37,908 nucleotides of DNA from a virus. Its lineage: Duplodnaviria; Caudoviricetes. The notes beneath the pieces are model-generated. The model saw only the letters and a program-made list of their open reading frames with translations. It was not told the DNA's origin and did not search any database. The stretch is from the IMG/VR virus record IMGVR_UViG_3300034161_000022, positions 1-37,908 of that record. One strand, 5' to 3'. This document shows positions 23,580 to 33,477 of this stretch, piece by piece (within the stretch, counting starts at the first letter, position 1; the number at the start of each line of letters is the position of its first letter). Made by a program: the position numbers and the translations under genes.

Positions 23580-24629
23580 CTACGCCAGGCTTACAACCTT
23601 GACGGGCTTCGCGGCTTTCTTTGCTTTCTTGCCCTTGGCCTTGGCCTTGCCCTTTTTGCCGCCGTTGCACTCGACGGTGGTGGACCAGCCCGCTTGGGTG
23701 AATGTCTGTTCCACCGAATCCACCAAGTACTCGCCATCGAGCCCCACCTTGAAGCCCTGGGCATTAATTGAGCGCTCCGCGAATAGGTCCGTGCGCCCGT
23801 CCATTTCCAGACGCACGCCAGCCGTCGAGCGGTTGAACGCAGCCAAGCGCGCCTTAGCTGCGGATTCGGCAGCGGTCTTGTTCGGGTGAATATGTCGGTC
23901 GGTGTGTACTGCCGGCAGGCCGTCAGGCACGTCGTCATTCTCCAGGGAGACCACTGACAACTTGCCCGTCTTCTTGTCTTGATGCTTTGCCGCCACGGTC
24001 TTGTGCGCGTTGCGGTCGCCTAAGCGAAACTGCCAGCGGCTTACGTCGCTGCGCGTTAGGGTTATCGCGCCAATAGCCTTGCCGCTGGCACTCAGGCCCG
24101 CTTGGCGCTGCATAACCATCAACTTGCCGTCGCCCACCTTGGCGGTGCAGTCGTATTGCTTGGCCAGGCGCGTGACAAAGCTGAAGTCAGATTCGTGGAG
24201 CTGGTCAGCCCGGGCGACTTTCGTGGCGATGGTGCAGGCCGGCGTCCAGCCATTGCGCGCCGCGATATCGGAAACGATTTTCGACAGCGGCACGTCTTCC
24301 CAGCTACCACTACGGATCGACTTGCCGGTGCCGCGCATGTCGCTGGCCTTGCCCCGAATAACGATGGTGTCCGGCGGACCGGATACCTCGATCTCGTCGA
24401 CCACATAGCGACCCAGGCGCACCAGGGTCGTTTCGGCATAGCCAAGGTAGACCTCGATGCCGGCGCCACGCTTGGGCAGGGTCACCAGGCCGTCACGGTC
24501 ATCAATGCGCAACTCAAACTCGTCCGACTCCATGCCGGGCTTGTCCGTGGTGCGCAACAGCAAAAGCCGATCGTTAATCAGCGACGTGATATCGGAACCG
24601 TTCGCGACGATTCTAAATTGGGGAGTCAT
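23580..24629 (-). CDS. Baseplate hub / late control protein D (P2 gpD-like)
   Basis: MTPQFRIVANG.DIT...TDKPGMESD...YVVDEIEVSGPP...QLHESD. Confidence 0.93.
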   Translation of the reverse strand: MTPQFRIVANGSDITSLINDRLLLLRTTDKPGMESDEFELRIDDRDGLVTLPKRGAGIEVYLGYAETTLVRLGRYVVDEIEVSGPPDTIVIRGKASDMRGTGKSIRSGSWEDVPLSKIVSDIAARNGWTPACTIATKVARADQLHESDFSFVTRLAKQYDCTAKVGDGKLMVMQRQAGLSASGKAIGAITLTRSDVSRWQFRLGDRNAHKTVAAKHQDKKTGKLSVVSLENDDVPDGLPAVHTDRHIHPNKTAAESAAKARLAAFNRSTAGVRLEMDGRTDLFAERSINAQGFKVGLDGEYLVDSVEQTFTQAGWSTTVECNGGKKGKAKAKGKKAKKAAKPVKVVSLA

Positions 24630-24642
24630 AGGGCATTGGCCA

Positions 24643-24668
24643 ATAAAAAAACCGCACTAGGCGGCCTT
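24643..24668 (-). terminator. Intrinsic terminator
   Basis: Minus GGCCGC-CTAGT-GCGGTTTTTTT. Confidence 0.6.
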
Positions 24669-24713
24669 TAGGGAAAGGAGGCGTTACGCGTAACGGAGCA
24701 ACAACGCAGCCGA

Positions 24714-24742
24714 TAGACTCAGCGGCCAGGCGCTCATAGAAT
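24714..24742 (+). promoter_or_regulatory. Moron promoter
   Basis: TAGACT-17 nt-TAGAAT before the ORF at 24775. Confidence 0.6.
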
Positions 24743-24774
24743 CCCGGCCTTCAAACCCAGCCAGTAGGAACCCC

Positions 24775-25215
24775 ATGAAACGGATTTTTATCGCCACATT
24801 GCTCGTCGGCGCCGCACTCAATTGCACGGCCGCCGAAAAGCTGCGGATCATCGACTTGAGCGAGCCAGGCACGGCGCAAAGCGCGCCGCCAAAGCAAGCC
24901 GCTAGCCCCACCAGCAGCGAGGCCAAAGACTTCATAACCCGCCTTGACGCTGCTGTAGCGCGCGGTAACGCGCAGATTCTAAGCGGCAAGGTCGACCCTG
25001 TAGCCCGCCGTAAGCAGGCCCAGGACCTGGCCACGCTTCAGAGTGAAGGCGAGAAATTCGGCGTACTGTTTACCCCGTTCCACAAGTGCAACGAGGCCTC
25101 AATTAGCGCCGCATCAGCATGGCAAGGCTTGCTTGGCAGCAACAAGCGGCAGTTCGACAACGGCATAGACAGCTACGAAAAAGAACACCAGGCCTGCCTG
25201 GATGCGGTGAACTGA
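24775..25215 (+). CDS. Exported protein (moron) antisense to the tail operon
   Basis: Signal peptide MKRIFIATLLVGAALNCTA; AGGA RBS; own promoter. Confidence 0.8.
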   Translation: MKRIFIATLLVGAALNCTAAEKLRIIDLSEPGTAQSAPPKQAASPTSSEAKDFITRLDAAVARGNAQILSGKVDPVARRKQAQDLATLQSEGEKFGVLFTPFHKCNEASISAASAWQGLLGSNKRQFDNGIDSYEKEHQACLDAVN

Positions 25216-25216
25216 A

Positions 25217-25423
25217 TCAATCCCACAGGGCCACTTGCTCATCCACAGGGCCTGGCAGATCCGGCAAGACAATCACCACGCCAGCACGGTAAGGCTGATC
25301 CTCATCCGCCAGGCCCTGATTGGCCGCCAACACTGCCTCGACACTGCCCACCAGATGGCCATAGAAGTTATGGCAAATGGTATCGAGCAGATCCCCGTCA
25401 GATGTTCTGCATGTCGTCGCCAT
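25217..25423 (-). CDS. Tail protein X (P2 gpX-like)
   Basis: RTSDGDLLDTIC..FYG....VEAVLAANQGL...GVVIVLPD...LWD. Confidence 0.92.
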   Translation of the reverse strand: MATTCRTSDGDLLDTICHNFYGHLVGSVEAVLAANQGLADEDQPYRAGVVIVLPDLPGPVDEQVALWD

Positions 25424-26243
25424 AGCGCACAAACTCCAAGGTAAAGGCCTGTTTGCGGGGGATACCGCCCTGCATCAGCGCGCTTTGGTCTTCGTCAACG
25501 CTCGTGAGACACCAGGTGCCCAGCACAACACCATAGCCCGTGGTCAGGGTTACCGGCTTGAGCTGGGAGCCTATCGAGCGCAGCGTGTTTAGCTGTCCCA
25601 GGCCGCCCCGATAGCCCGGAAAAATATCGCCCTTGAGTGTGATTTTCTCGTCACCCATGCCCACAGCCTGCTGGGCCGACCGGCGCGTCAGGCGCTCTTG
25701 TGAGGCCCAGCGGTATGCCGTCGAGCGGCGCAATGAGTCAAAGGCCGCCGTATCAAGGTTGAAGTAATACGGCTGCGCCTTCGGGTCCAGCGGCTGAATG
25801 ATCAGCAGATGGGGGAAAGGCTTCACAGCCTCTTTCGCCGGCGTTGCGTCCGTAGCGAATGCACCGGTGGGAATGATGTTGGCCAGTGACGGGTCAATCA
25901 TTCCGGCGATCTTGTTGACAGCGGTTGCTGCCCTCCCCGCCTGCTCTTTTAGCGTGCCCATGCGCTCATCAATCTGCGACAAGGCGCGGGAGGCACGATT
26001 GTAGGTTGCGATAACCTTTCCAACCTTGGCCTGGGCCGTAGAAATCCCGCGCATGACTCGCTGTAGCTTCGCCCCCACCGCAGGACCAATAAACGGCAGA
26101 TCCTCCAGCTCATTGGCGGCGCCGGTGATTTCACTGATGGCACCATTTACCGGTCCCATCATGCCATCGATACTGCGCCGGCCCGCTTCACCGGCCGAGG
26201 CCAGATACTTCAGACCGGACTGTAGCTGTGCCAGTGATTCCAT
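25398..26243 (-). CDS. Tail tube initiator (P2 gpU-like) with N-terminal helical extension
   Basis: WASQERLTRRSAQQAVGMG.EKITLKG...G.VLG.W...FTLEF. Confidence 0.88.
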   Translation of the reverse strand: MESLAQLQSGLKYLASAGEAGRRSIDGMMGPVNGAISEITGAANELEDLPFIGPAVGAKLQRVMRGISTAQAKVGKVIATYNRASRALSQIDERMGTLKEQAGRAATAVNKIAGMIDPSLANIIPTGAFATDATPAKEAVKPFPHLLIIQPLDPKAQPYYFNLDTAAFDSLRRSTAYRWASQERLTRRSAQQAVGMGDEKITLKGDIFPGYRGGLGQLNTLRSIGSQLKPVTLTTGYGVVLGTWCLTSVDEDQSALMQGGIPRKQAFTLEFVRYGDDMQNI

Positions 26244-26252
26244 ATTTCCCCC

Positions 26253-28742
26253 TTAGACATGCGGCGCGTCGTAGAGCTTGCGGTTTTCGAGCTGCTGGGC
26301 GATTTCCCGTTGCTGCTGCTCCATCAGCGGCCGCAACTGGGCAATGATCTCGTTTGGATCCTTCACATCGCCTTGCACCGTCAGCGTGATAGGCGCGTGA
26401 ATATCCACCTTGGTCTCGATCTTGGCCGGCTGGACCTTTGCCACCACAGCCGCCGCAAGTGGTGCTGCAACCGCGTCAGCGCTGGCCTGGGGCATCATCA
26501 TGGCCCGCGCAGCATCACCCGGATTAACGGCGCCTGGCGTTGCCGGCAAAGCACCATGGCCTGGATTGGTCAGCATCAGCGGCCCGGTGCGCGAAGGCGC
26601 AAACGACTTGGCGATATCCCCCAGCACTGGCGGAATGTCCTTGCCGGCATCCTTCATCATCAACGGACCGGCCACCGGCATGACCTTCGTACTTTCGTCA
26701 GAGCCAAACATCGACTTGCCGATGGTACCGCCCAGGGCGTCACCGCCCATGCTGCCCAGCCAGCCCCCAATCAAGCCGCCCAGAACGGTGCCGATTACCG
26801 GTACCGCCGAACCGATGAACGCACCGGCCGCCGCACCGGCGAGCGTGCCAGCAAGTCCGCCAGCCGCTGCGCCATAGCCTTCGGCTTTTTCGTCCTGGGT
26901 TTCAGCGTTGTCGTAAGTGTCTTTGACCTTAAAACCGGCCTCTATCACGGCCAATACTGCCGGACCCTTCAGGCCTGCCCCAATGTCGCGCCCGGGGCCT
27001 CGGCCACCACGGCCGCCGCCCTTTCCCTTACCTTTTCCATCCTTGCCGCCAGCGTCATCGACGCCGCCCAAATCCATGCCGCCAGATCCGCCAACGGGCA
27101 TGTTGGTGACAATGACTTTTTGCGGGATGTTCGGATTACCCATCAGCGAGCCGCGCCCAATGTTGAGCAGGCCCTTGGCAATCTTGAATCCACTCATAGC
27201 GGTCTGGAACGCGATCACAGCGGCCACAGCGGCGCCGATCCCCGTCACAACCCGGGGCGACTCGTCCGACAGTTTGGCCAACCCCTGGGTGACATAGGCC
27301 AACCCATCCGCCACTTTGTCAGTGACCGGTCGGAACGCGTCACCAATGGCGCGCATGGCTTCATCCATGCCCTGGGCCATTTCCGACCATTTCTGCGCTG
27401 ACGCCTGCCGGCGCTCCTCAAGGTTCTTATCAAGGATCCCGGTGGCACTGGCCGAGTCTTTCTTGAGCTGGGCATACAGCTCTTTGTTCTGCATGTAGGC
27501 CGTCAAAGCGCCCTTAACCTGCATGTCCGCGAACAGATCCCCGGTCCGCAAAGCCTGCTCCAGGGACGCAATCATGGCCTTGGCTTTCTCGGGGTCAGTT
27601 TCCTTACTGATCTTCGCTGTAGCGGCCGCCATCTCGGCGGCCTTCTTCGGATCCGTTGCCGCAATGTACTTCTGTGCCAGCTCGAAGCTGGATTCCAGGG
27701 TGGACTTACCATTCTGCAGGCCAGTATTCATCGACCCTTGGTAGTCAATCCCGGCATCCTTGTAGGCCTTGACCGTATCGCCAGAACCGATTTTCTCCAT
27801 CCAGTTCTTGAGGTTGTTGGCCGCCTCATCAGCACCGCCGGCGGTCTTCATTTGCACCTGAAGCATTGAGCCCAGTTGCGTCACGGCATCCATGCCGGTA
27901 ATGCCGATCTTGCCCATACCCGCCAACAACTCGGGGAACCAACGCGCCATGTCGGCCGCTTCGAAGCTACCCGCCTGGCCCTGATAGGCGATGGCCTCCA
28001 GTGCCTTTTGCATCACGGCCGGGTCGGAGATTTTGGCGTTCTGCCCCAGGGCGTTGATCATACGGGCCGTTTCGCCGCCGTCCGAACCCTGGCCAATCGC
28101 GAACTTGGCCGCCACCGGTGCGTATGACAGGGCCTTATCCAGCTCCATGCCGGCACCCACCAGGGCGTTGACCACCTCGGCCACCTGATTACGGGCCATG
28201 CCGGTATCACGCGACGTGCCGATGATCGTTTTCGACATCTGCGCTTCTTCGGGCTTGTTGGCAATGTTCGCCTTGATCGCAATGTCACGGGTGATCGCGC
28301 CAAAGTCCGCGCTCACTTTCGTTGGAATGGCCATTGCTGCCGTGGCGGCCGCCGCCTGGCCAATGCTGCTTTTCATCTGCTGCTTACCAGCATCGAGCTG
28401 CATATGGCCCTTGGCTTTAAACTCGGCCTTTGTCGCCGCCTGCCCCATGGCCGCGTAAGCCTTGGTCAGGTTTCGCACTTCCACGCCCTGCTTGCGCAGG
28501 CCGTCCAGATTGTTCTCCAGCTTTCGCTGTAACGCCGTGGCGCCCTTGTCGCCGGCCATATGTGCCTTGCGCCACTCATCCTGCAAGCGCATGGTCTCGC
28601 CGATGGTCTTTTCCAGCACCCGCGCCTTGTTACCTTGTTCCTCCAGCTTCTTGATTTTGTTGCTGACGTCCTTGAACGCCGCCCCTACCGTCGAGCTGAC
28701 GGCCCCGCCAATGACCAGGCCGAGAGCAAGTTTGTTTGCCAT
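26253..28742 (-). CDS. Tail tape measure protein
   Basis: 829 aa, Ala/Gly-rich and helical, after the tail chaperones. Confidence 0.95.
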   Translation of the reverse strand: MANKLALGLVIGGAVSSTVGAAFKDVSNKIKKLEEQGNKARVLEKTIGETMRLQDEWRKAHMAGDKGATALQRKLENNLDGLRKQGVEVRNLTKAYAAMGQAATKAEFKAKGHMQLDAGKQQMKSSIGQAAAATAAMAIPTKVSADFGAITRDIAIKANIANKPEEAQMSKTIIGTSRDTGMARNQVAEVVNALVGAGMELDKALSYAPVAAKFAIGQGSDGGETARMINALGQNAKISDPAVMQKALEAIAYQGQAGSFEAADMARWFPELLAGMGKIGITGMDAVTQLGSMLQVQMKTAGGADEAANNLKNWMEKIGSGDTVKAYKDAGIDYQGSMNTGLQNGKSTLESSFELAQKYIAATDPKKAAEMAAATAKISKETDPEKAKAMIASLEQALRTGDLFADMQVKGALTAYMQNKELYAQLKKDSASATGILDKNLEERRQASAQKWSEMAQGMDEAMRAIGDAFRPVTDKVADGLAYVTQGLAKLSDESPRVVTGIGAAVAAVIAFQTAMSGFKIAKGLLNIGRGSLMGNPNIPQKVIVTNMPVGGSGGMDLGGVDDAGGKDGKGKGKGGGRGGRGPGRDIGAGLKGPAVLAVIEAGFKVKDTYDNAETQDEKAEGYGAAAGGLAGTLAGAAAGAFIGSAVPVIGTVLGGLIGGWLGSMGGDALGGTIGKSMFGSDESTKVMPVAGPLMMKDAGKDIPPVLGDIAKSFAPSRTGPLMLTNPGHGALPATPGAVNPGDAARAMMMPQASADAVAAPLAAAVVAKVQPAKIETKVDIHAPITLTVQGDVKDPNEIIAQLRPLMEQQQREIAQQLENRKLYDAPHV

Positions 28743-28778
28743 GTGCGCGCCCTATACGTCGGGTAGATCAACAGCGGC

Positions 28779-28874
28779 TCATTCCGTGAGCCACCACACC
28801 ATCACGTTAAAGGGCATGGCCAGGATCTCGGCAGACGAGAAACCCGTCTCTTTTGCCAAGCGCTTGGCCAGCAT
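28779..28874 (-). CDS. Tail chaperone C-terminal extension (gpE'-like)
   Basis: MLAKRLAKETGFSSAEILAMPFNVMVWWLTE; the frame is open upstream into gpE, probably read by frameshift. Confidence 0.7.
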   Translation of the reverse strand: MLAKRLAKETGFSSAEILAMPFNVMVWWLTE

Positions 28875-28890
28875 TTTAAGCGTGACCTCG

Positions 28891-29199
28891 TTACACGTCG
28901 TCTTCCTCAACCAGGCGAAAATAGCCCGCCTGAAGGCGCATGTAGTCCTTGTATTTGAGACTCGTGAGTTCTGCCTCGGTAGCTGTGAGCAGGCTACAAA
29001 ACAAGTTCAGCTCCACCTTTTCATGGTCACCATTGCCGGCGATTTTGGCGGCCATAACATCCTTTACGCTGGGCGCGCGCATCATCAGCTTATCGGTCAC
29101 AACCCCATTGAGATTGGCCTTGTGCTTGAGCGTTACGGTAACGCCGTCGTCGCTCAGGACCAGCCAGGACGGGAGCGGTGCAGTTAGAGAGTCGGTCAT
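28891..29199 (-). CDS. Tail assembly chaperone (gpE-like)
   Basis: LMMRAPSVKD...LFCSL...L.YKDYMRLQAGY; between tube and tape measure. Confidence 0.9.
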   Translation of the reverse strand: MTDSLTAPLPSWLVLSDDGVTVTLKHKANLNGVVTDKLMMRAPSVKDVMAAKIAGNGDHEKVELNLFCSLLTATEAELTSLKYKDYMRLQAGYFRLVEEDDV

Positions 29200-29210
29200 A
29201 TCATCAATCC

Positions 29211-29714
29211 TTAAAGGCCCAGGGCCGAACGCTCAGCGGCCAACTGATCAACACCGTTGATCACCTGAACCATGTTGGCAAAGTCGATTTCGTACATCAC
29301 ACGCCCGTCGATTTCGAGCTTGTAGTAGGTGACGGCCATGGCGTGTTTGACTTCGGCCTTGTCGCCCGGCTTCCAATCACCCATATCCACCTCTTTAAGC
29401 GAGCCGCGCAGGGTCACAGTTACCGCCTTCACGGTGCCTTTCTGGCCCTTGAACGAGCCACGGAAAACGGCATTGCAAGCCGTCTGGTCCGCCAGCCCGA
29501 AGAACTTCAGCGACTCTTTGCGCACGCCGTTGGTGGTCCATGCCGCCTCCAGCTTTTCCAGGCCGGTAGGCAGGTCGACAGGGCCGCTCATACCGCCGCC
29601 CCGGTATTCCTCGGATTTGATCGCCAGCTTGGGCAGCGTCATGGACGGCACGTCACCGGAAAAGCTCACGCCATCAACGAACATGACGCAGTTGGTCAAC
29701 ATTTCAGGAATCAT
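29211..29714 (-). CDS. Major tail tube protein (P2 FII-like)
   Basis: LPKL...EEYRGGGM...LEKLE...YYKLEIDG...EID...NGVD. Confidence 0.95.
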   Translation of the reverse strand: MIPEMLTNCVMFVDGVSFSGDVPSMTLPKLAIKSEEYRGGGMSGPVDLPTGLEKLEAAWTTNGVRKESLKFFGLADQTACNAVFRGSFKGQKGTVKAVTVTLRGSLKEVDMGDWKPGDKAEVKHAMAVTYYKLEIDGRVMYEIDFANMVQVINGVDQLAAERSALGL

Positions 29715-29726
29715 TGCTCGGCCTCC

Positions 29727-30893
29727 TTAGGCTGCTTCAAGTACTTCGGCCAGCCACTCGTTGGTGACCTCGATCAGGAAATTCGGGTTTTCGGCCGGCG
29801 GCACGTCGGTGAAGCGAATGCGCCAGAAGATTTTTCCCTGCTCGATTTGGCTTAGCGTGTTGCGCTCGGTGTCCGCGTAGACCTCGAAGTTGATCACCGC
29901 ACCGGCGTTCTTCTGGTCACGCATGAAGGATTGGAGCCCTTCGGTCACGTCAGACACATAGGTTTTCGTGATCGAGCGGTCTACCGCCCACTTGTGGCCC
30001 GCCTGGATCGCATCCATGAGGATGTCGCAGGTACGCACGCGGGTGACAAACGACCACTTGGCATCAGCGGAGCAAGTACGGTTGCCCCACAGGCGGTAAC
30101 CGCCATCGCGAATGATCGTGGTGATGTTCGCGTTATTGAGCAGGTTAGCCCGGCACGTCTCGTCGCCGTCCAAGTACTCCACCGGCCGGGTGGTGCCGGT
30201 GATGCCAACAAACTCTTTGTTCGATGGCGACGCCCAGTAGCCGTACTCAGCATCGGTCCAGGCAAACAAGCCCGCCACCCAGGCCGAGGCAGGGGCATCC
30301 ACGGTCGCGCTATCGACGGTGCTCCAGAACTGCACACCCGGGTCCACCAGATAGATGCGCTTACTGCCGAAGTTCAGCGCGTAGGCCATGGCGGCCTCGT
30401 CGGTGGCGTTCGGGCCATCAACAATGGCAATCGCGCGCAGCTTGCCGGCCAGGGCGTCCATGGCGGTGGCCACCGCCTGCGTGGCCGAGTGCCCCGGGGC
30501 GATCAACAGCTTGGGCTGGGCGTTGTGTCGGCTCTTGCCGTCCAGCAGCGCCTGAAGGCCCGTGCGCTGCCCATCCGCCAGAACACCACCAATGATGGCG
30601 GACGTTTGAAGCGCGGCATCCGCGAGCTTAGGAACGCCAATGGCGACGATCACAGCCTTTGCCCGCACATAGATCGCCTGGCAAGCCCGGGTGATCGCCG
30701 AGTCAGCACCGAATGCTGCAATGGCTTCGCGCTCTGACGTGATCAGCTTCAGCTCGCCGGCCTTGGCAGTACCGCCGCCAAGCATGCCCGGGGTGAAGGT
30801 GTCACACAGGCCAATGATCGAGGACGACGGGAGCGAGATAGTGCGCGCGCCAGTGTCGATCAACGAGGTGGTGATGCCGTGAAAGAAACTCAT
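29727..30893 (-). CDS. Tail sheath protein (P2 FI-like)
   Basis: MSFFHG...PKLLIAPG...WASPSN...GYRLWGNRT...PPAENPNF. Confidence 0.96.
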   Translation of the reverse strand: MSFFHGITTSLIDTGARTISLPSSSIIGLCDTFTPGMLGGGTAKAGELKLITSEREAIAAFGADSAITRACQAIYVRAKAVIVAIGVPKLADAALQTSAIIGGVLADGQRTGLQALLDGKSRHNAQPKLLIAPGHSATQAVATAMDALAGKLRAIAIVDGPNATDEAAMAYALNFGSKRIYLVDPGVQFWSTVDSATVDAPASAWVAGLFAWTDAEYGYWASPSNKEFVGITGTTRPVEYLDGDETCRANLLNNANITTIIRDGGYRLWGNRTCSADAKWSFVTRVRTCDILMDAIQAGHKWAVDRSITKTYVSDVTEGLQSFMRDQKNAGAVINFEVYADTERNTLSQIEQGKIFWRIRFTDVPPAENPNFLIEVTNEWLAEVLEAA

Positions 30894-30994
30894 AAGGCTC
30901 AATCTCCAGAAACGAAAAAGCCCCGAATAAGCGAGGCCGTAGGTTGTTCGTGTTACGCGTAACGGAAAAGAAAACGCCCCGTCAGTGCGGGGCG

Positions 30995-31519
30995 TTACTC
31001 GGTGCTGCCTACAAGCCAGTCCGGGGCCGGCGGACGATTGGCGACGGCCGGAAACAAATCAGCTTCCGGCCAGTCGCGCAGATCCAAGCGATAGCGCTGC
31101 AACTGCTGATACTGCTCAGCACTCAAGGTGGTAGGCCGATCAGCCTCAAGCTCGTCGCGGTGGCGCGTTACCAAGCTATCAGTGGCCAACAACTGACGGT
31201 CGCGCCAAGCGCGTTCCTGCTGCTGCGCGTCCTCGGGCGTCACCTCGGGCGTGATCCATGCCGGACGGCCCTGGTCATCACTGCCGCGACGCATACCCGG
31301 AGGTGGTGCTGTCTGGCCGAATGCCTGCCAATCTTCAGCCGTTACTTCGACGGCATCCTCAGGCCAGGTGCCCGCAGCGTCATAGGCGGGGCGCTCGGAC
31401 AAAAAGAGAAATCCGCAATCACGGGCGCTGTAGTAAATCACCTCAGGTGTTGGGGGCTCCGGGGTCTCATAAAACACCTCAAGCGGTTCGGTCACTGGCA
31501 TTTCTGCTTGGTTGTCCAT
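30995..31519 (-). CDS. Tail fiber assembly chaperone
   Basis: WPEDAVEV...GRPAW...ERAWRD..L..TD...YRLDLRDWP...P.APDWL. Confidence 0.88.
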   Translation of the reverse strand: MDNQAEMPVTEPLEVFYETPEPPTPEVIYYSARDCGFLFLSERPAYDAAGTWPEDAVEVTAEDWQAFGQTAPPPGMRRGSDDQGRPAWITPEVTPEDAQQQERAWRDRQLLATDSLVTRHRDELEADRPTTLSAEQYQQLQRYRLDLRDWPEADLFPAVANRPPAPDWLVGSTE

Positions 31520-31521
31520 GT

Positions 31522-33477
31522 TCAATTTCCGATAGCTAAGATCAGCGGTTTGACAAGTGATTGATTGCCCGTGCCAAACCATTGCGGGAAAACTTTAACG
31601 CCCAGTCGGTCCCAAGTGACCATCTGAAACATCTGGTCAGATAGGGTGTTGTCAGTCGTAGAGCGTGTAAAGACACCGGCAAAAAGGCATTGATTAGGGA
31701 ATGGCACGGGGTGACTGATTGCCGGATAGGCGACAGTTTCAGCACCGCTGATTGGCCCCTCGTACCACTGAAGGTAGAGCGGCGTTCCGTCCTTGGTTGG
31801 AATCAGCACGCGACCATTCGGCTGCAACGCGACGGTAGCCAGCACGTCAGTGATATTGCCTTCATGAAACAGCCTCTTATCACTCCACACCAAATCGCCA
31901 ACGGCAGACATTTTTAAATATCGGGCAAACCGATTTGACCAGTTAAAAAGAATGCCAGGCGCATAGAGAAGGCTCGACTGAGCAGCCGCGACCTCATTAA
32001 CTTCCCTGATTTCGAGTGCCCCGCCAGGTCCGTCTGCAGCTTCGGCTCCGCCGGCGGCCAAATTCCCTGCCAATATCGGCCGCTGACGACTGACCGATCC
32101 AACCCGCAGGGAAGTTGCGATATCTGCTTTCAGGTTAAGCGAGGCCGTGACAGTCGTTGCGTAGGCATTAACCGCCAAGTATGTAAATGCAGTGGTAGCG
32201 AGCTGCGTGGTACTGGTGCCAACGCTGGCAGTTGGGGCAGTCGCAGTGCCCGTAAAAGAAGGCGACGCCAAGTTGGCCTTGAGCGCTGGGTTGAAGTTCC
32301 CCGCGTGGTACATAACGTTGCTGGCCCAAAGCAGGTCGCCCTGATACGACATTGCCAAATCACGGGCCTTATTCCCTTGCCAGTGGAACAGTATCCGTGG
32401 GGCATACTCAAAATCTGATTTCGAGGTGCTGACTTCCTGGGCCTCGCGAATCTGCAATGCCCCGCCGTTTCCAGTGCCGTCAATCCCTCCCGGCAGCGGC
32501 GCCGCCAATGCTGGCAACTGCTGACTTACCACGTCGACGCGAAGCCCGTTAGTAATGCCATGCCCGGCCAGCGTGGTGGGGTTCGTGCCAGCAATAACGC
32601 GGCCGTACTTGTCGACGGTCAAAACCGAATAGGCACCTGCGCTGATACCGGTTTTGCCCGCGACCATTTCGAAGGCCAGCGCAGTGGTCCCCAAGACAAT
32701 CGGTGCATCAGTCACCAGTTGCCAAACGCTATCGCCATTGGCCGTGCCCTTCTCAACGCTGACAAATAGCCCCGGCGTTACCTCCACGCTGGCATCTGCA
32801 TCCTGGGCGCGCCTCCAGGCACCGCCAGCGGGTACAACGTAGATACCATTATCCTTGGCCTGGGTCTGGTCCTTCACCAGCACCCGAGAGTCCGCCGACA
32901 ACAAAACGCCGTCGACGGTCTGGATTCCGCTCAAGACGATATTGGCCGTGGTGGCCACCAATACTGAGTTCTTAAAATCCAGCTTGGCCAAGGCCTCAAT
33001 AATTTGCAGATCCACGTATTCGCGCGTTGCCAGAACCACCGCAGGGTCAATCTTAAGGACGACACTCGCGGTATTCGCGACAATGAAATTCATGCGGATG
33101 ATTTGGGTCTTTCCGGTTCCCTGCACAAGCAACGGCTTGAAGCTCGGGGCACAGTTGGCCACCGCCACCATGTCGCCGTCGGCGTCATACAGAGCGATTT
33201 CCCGAATCCACTTACCGCCCACGTCGGCCGGGATAACCTGCTCGGTGATGATGATGTTCGGGTTGGCCGGATCCGTTCGCACCTGATTGACCGCTGCCCG
33301 GCGCCACTCGTTGATCAGCCGCGTTTGGGTCCGATTTGGAATAGGGTCCGTGTTGTTGGCATCACCTACGCCCATTTGCGAGAAGGTCCAGGGCTGGCCA
33401 AGGGCCGTAGCGTTTGCCTGTTTCGCCTCACCCACTGCTGTGAGGATGGCGAAAAACTGACTGTTCTGATCAATCAT
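31522..33477 (-). CDS. Tail fiber protein (P2 gpH-like N-terminus)
   Basis: FFAILTAVGEAKQANA...WIREIALYD...KIDPAVVLATREYVD; C-terminal LYLQW...PVPFPN...AIGN. Confidence 0.95.
   Translation of the reverse strand: MIDQNSQFFAILTAVGEAKQANATALGQPWTFSQMGVGDANNTDPIPNRTQTRLINEWRRAAVNQVRTDPANPNIIITEQVIPADVGGKWIREIALYDADGDMVAVANCAPSFKPLLVQGTGKTQIIRMNFIVANTASVVLKIDPAVVLATREYVDLQIIEALAKLDFKNSVLVATTANIVLSGIQTVDGVLLSADSRVLVKDQTQAKDNGIYVVPAGGAWRRAQDADASVEVTPGLFVSVEKGTANGDSVWQLVTDAPIVLGTTALAFEMVAGKTGISAGAYSVLTVDKYGRVIAGTNPTTLAGHGITNGLRVDVVSQQLPALAAPLPGGIDGTGNGGALQIREAQEVSTSKSDFEYAPRILFHWQGNKARDLAMSYQGDLLWASNVMYHAGNFNPALKANLASPSFTGTATAPTASVGTSTTQLATTAFTYLAVNAYATTVTASLNLKADIATSLRVGSVSRQRPILAGNLAAGGAEAADGPGGALEIREVNEVAAAQSSLLYAPGILFNWSNRFARYLKMSAVGDLVWSDKRLFHEGNITDVLATVALQPNGRVLIPTKDGTPLYLQWYEGPISGAETVAYPAISHPVPFPNQCLFAGVFTRSTTDNTLSDQMFQMVTWDRLGVKVFPQWFGTGNQSLVKPLILAIGN

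Noticed and set aside
26259-27401. Long plus-strand ORFs opposite structural genes (also 29931-30737, 28462-29187, 29178-29855, 18197-18856)
   Set aside because: Antisense shadows of GC-rich coding genes with no RBS or recognisable motifs
31522-33477. Diversity-generating retroelement or invertible tail-fiber switch
   Set aside because: No reverse transcriptase, TR/VR pair, invertase or inverted fiber segment in the window
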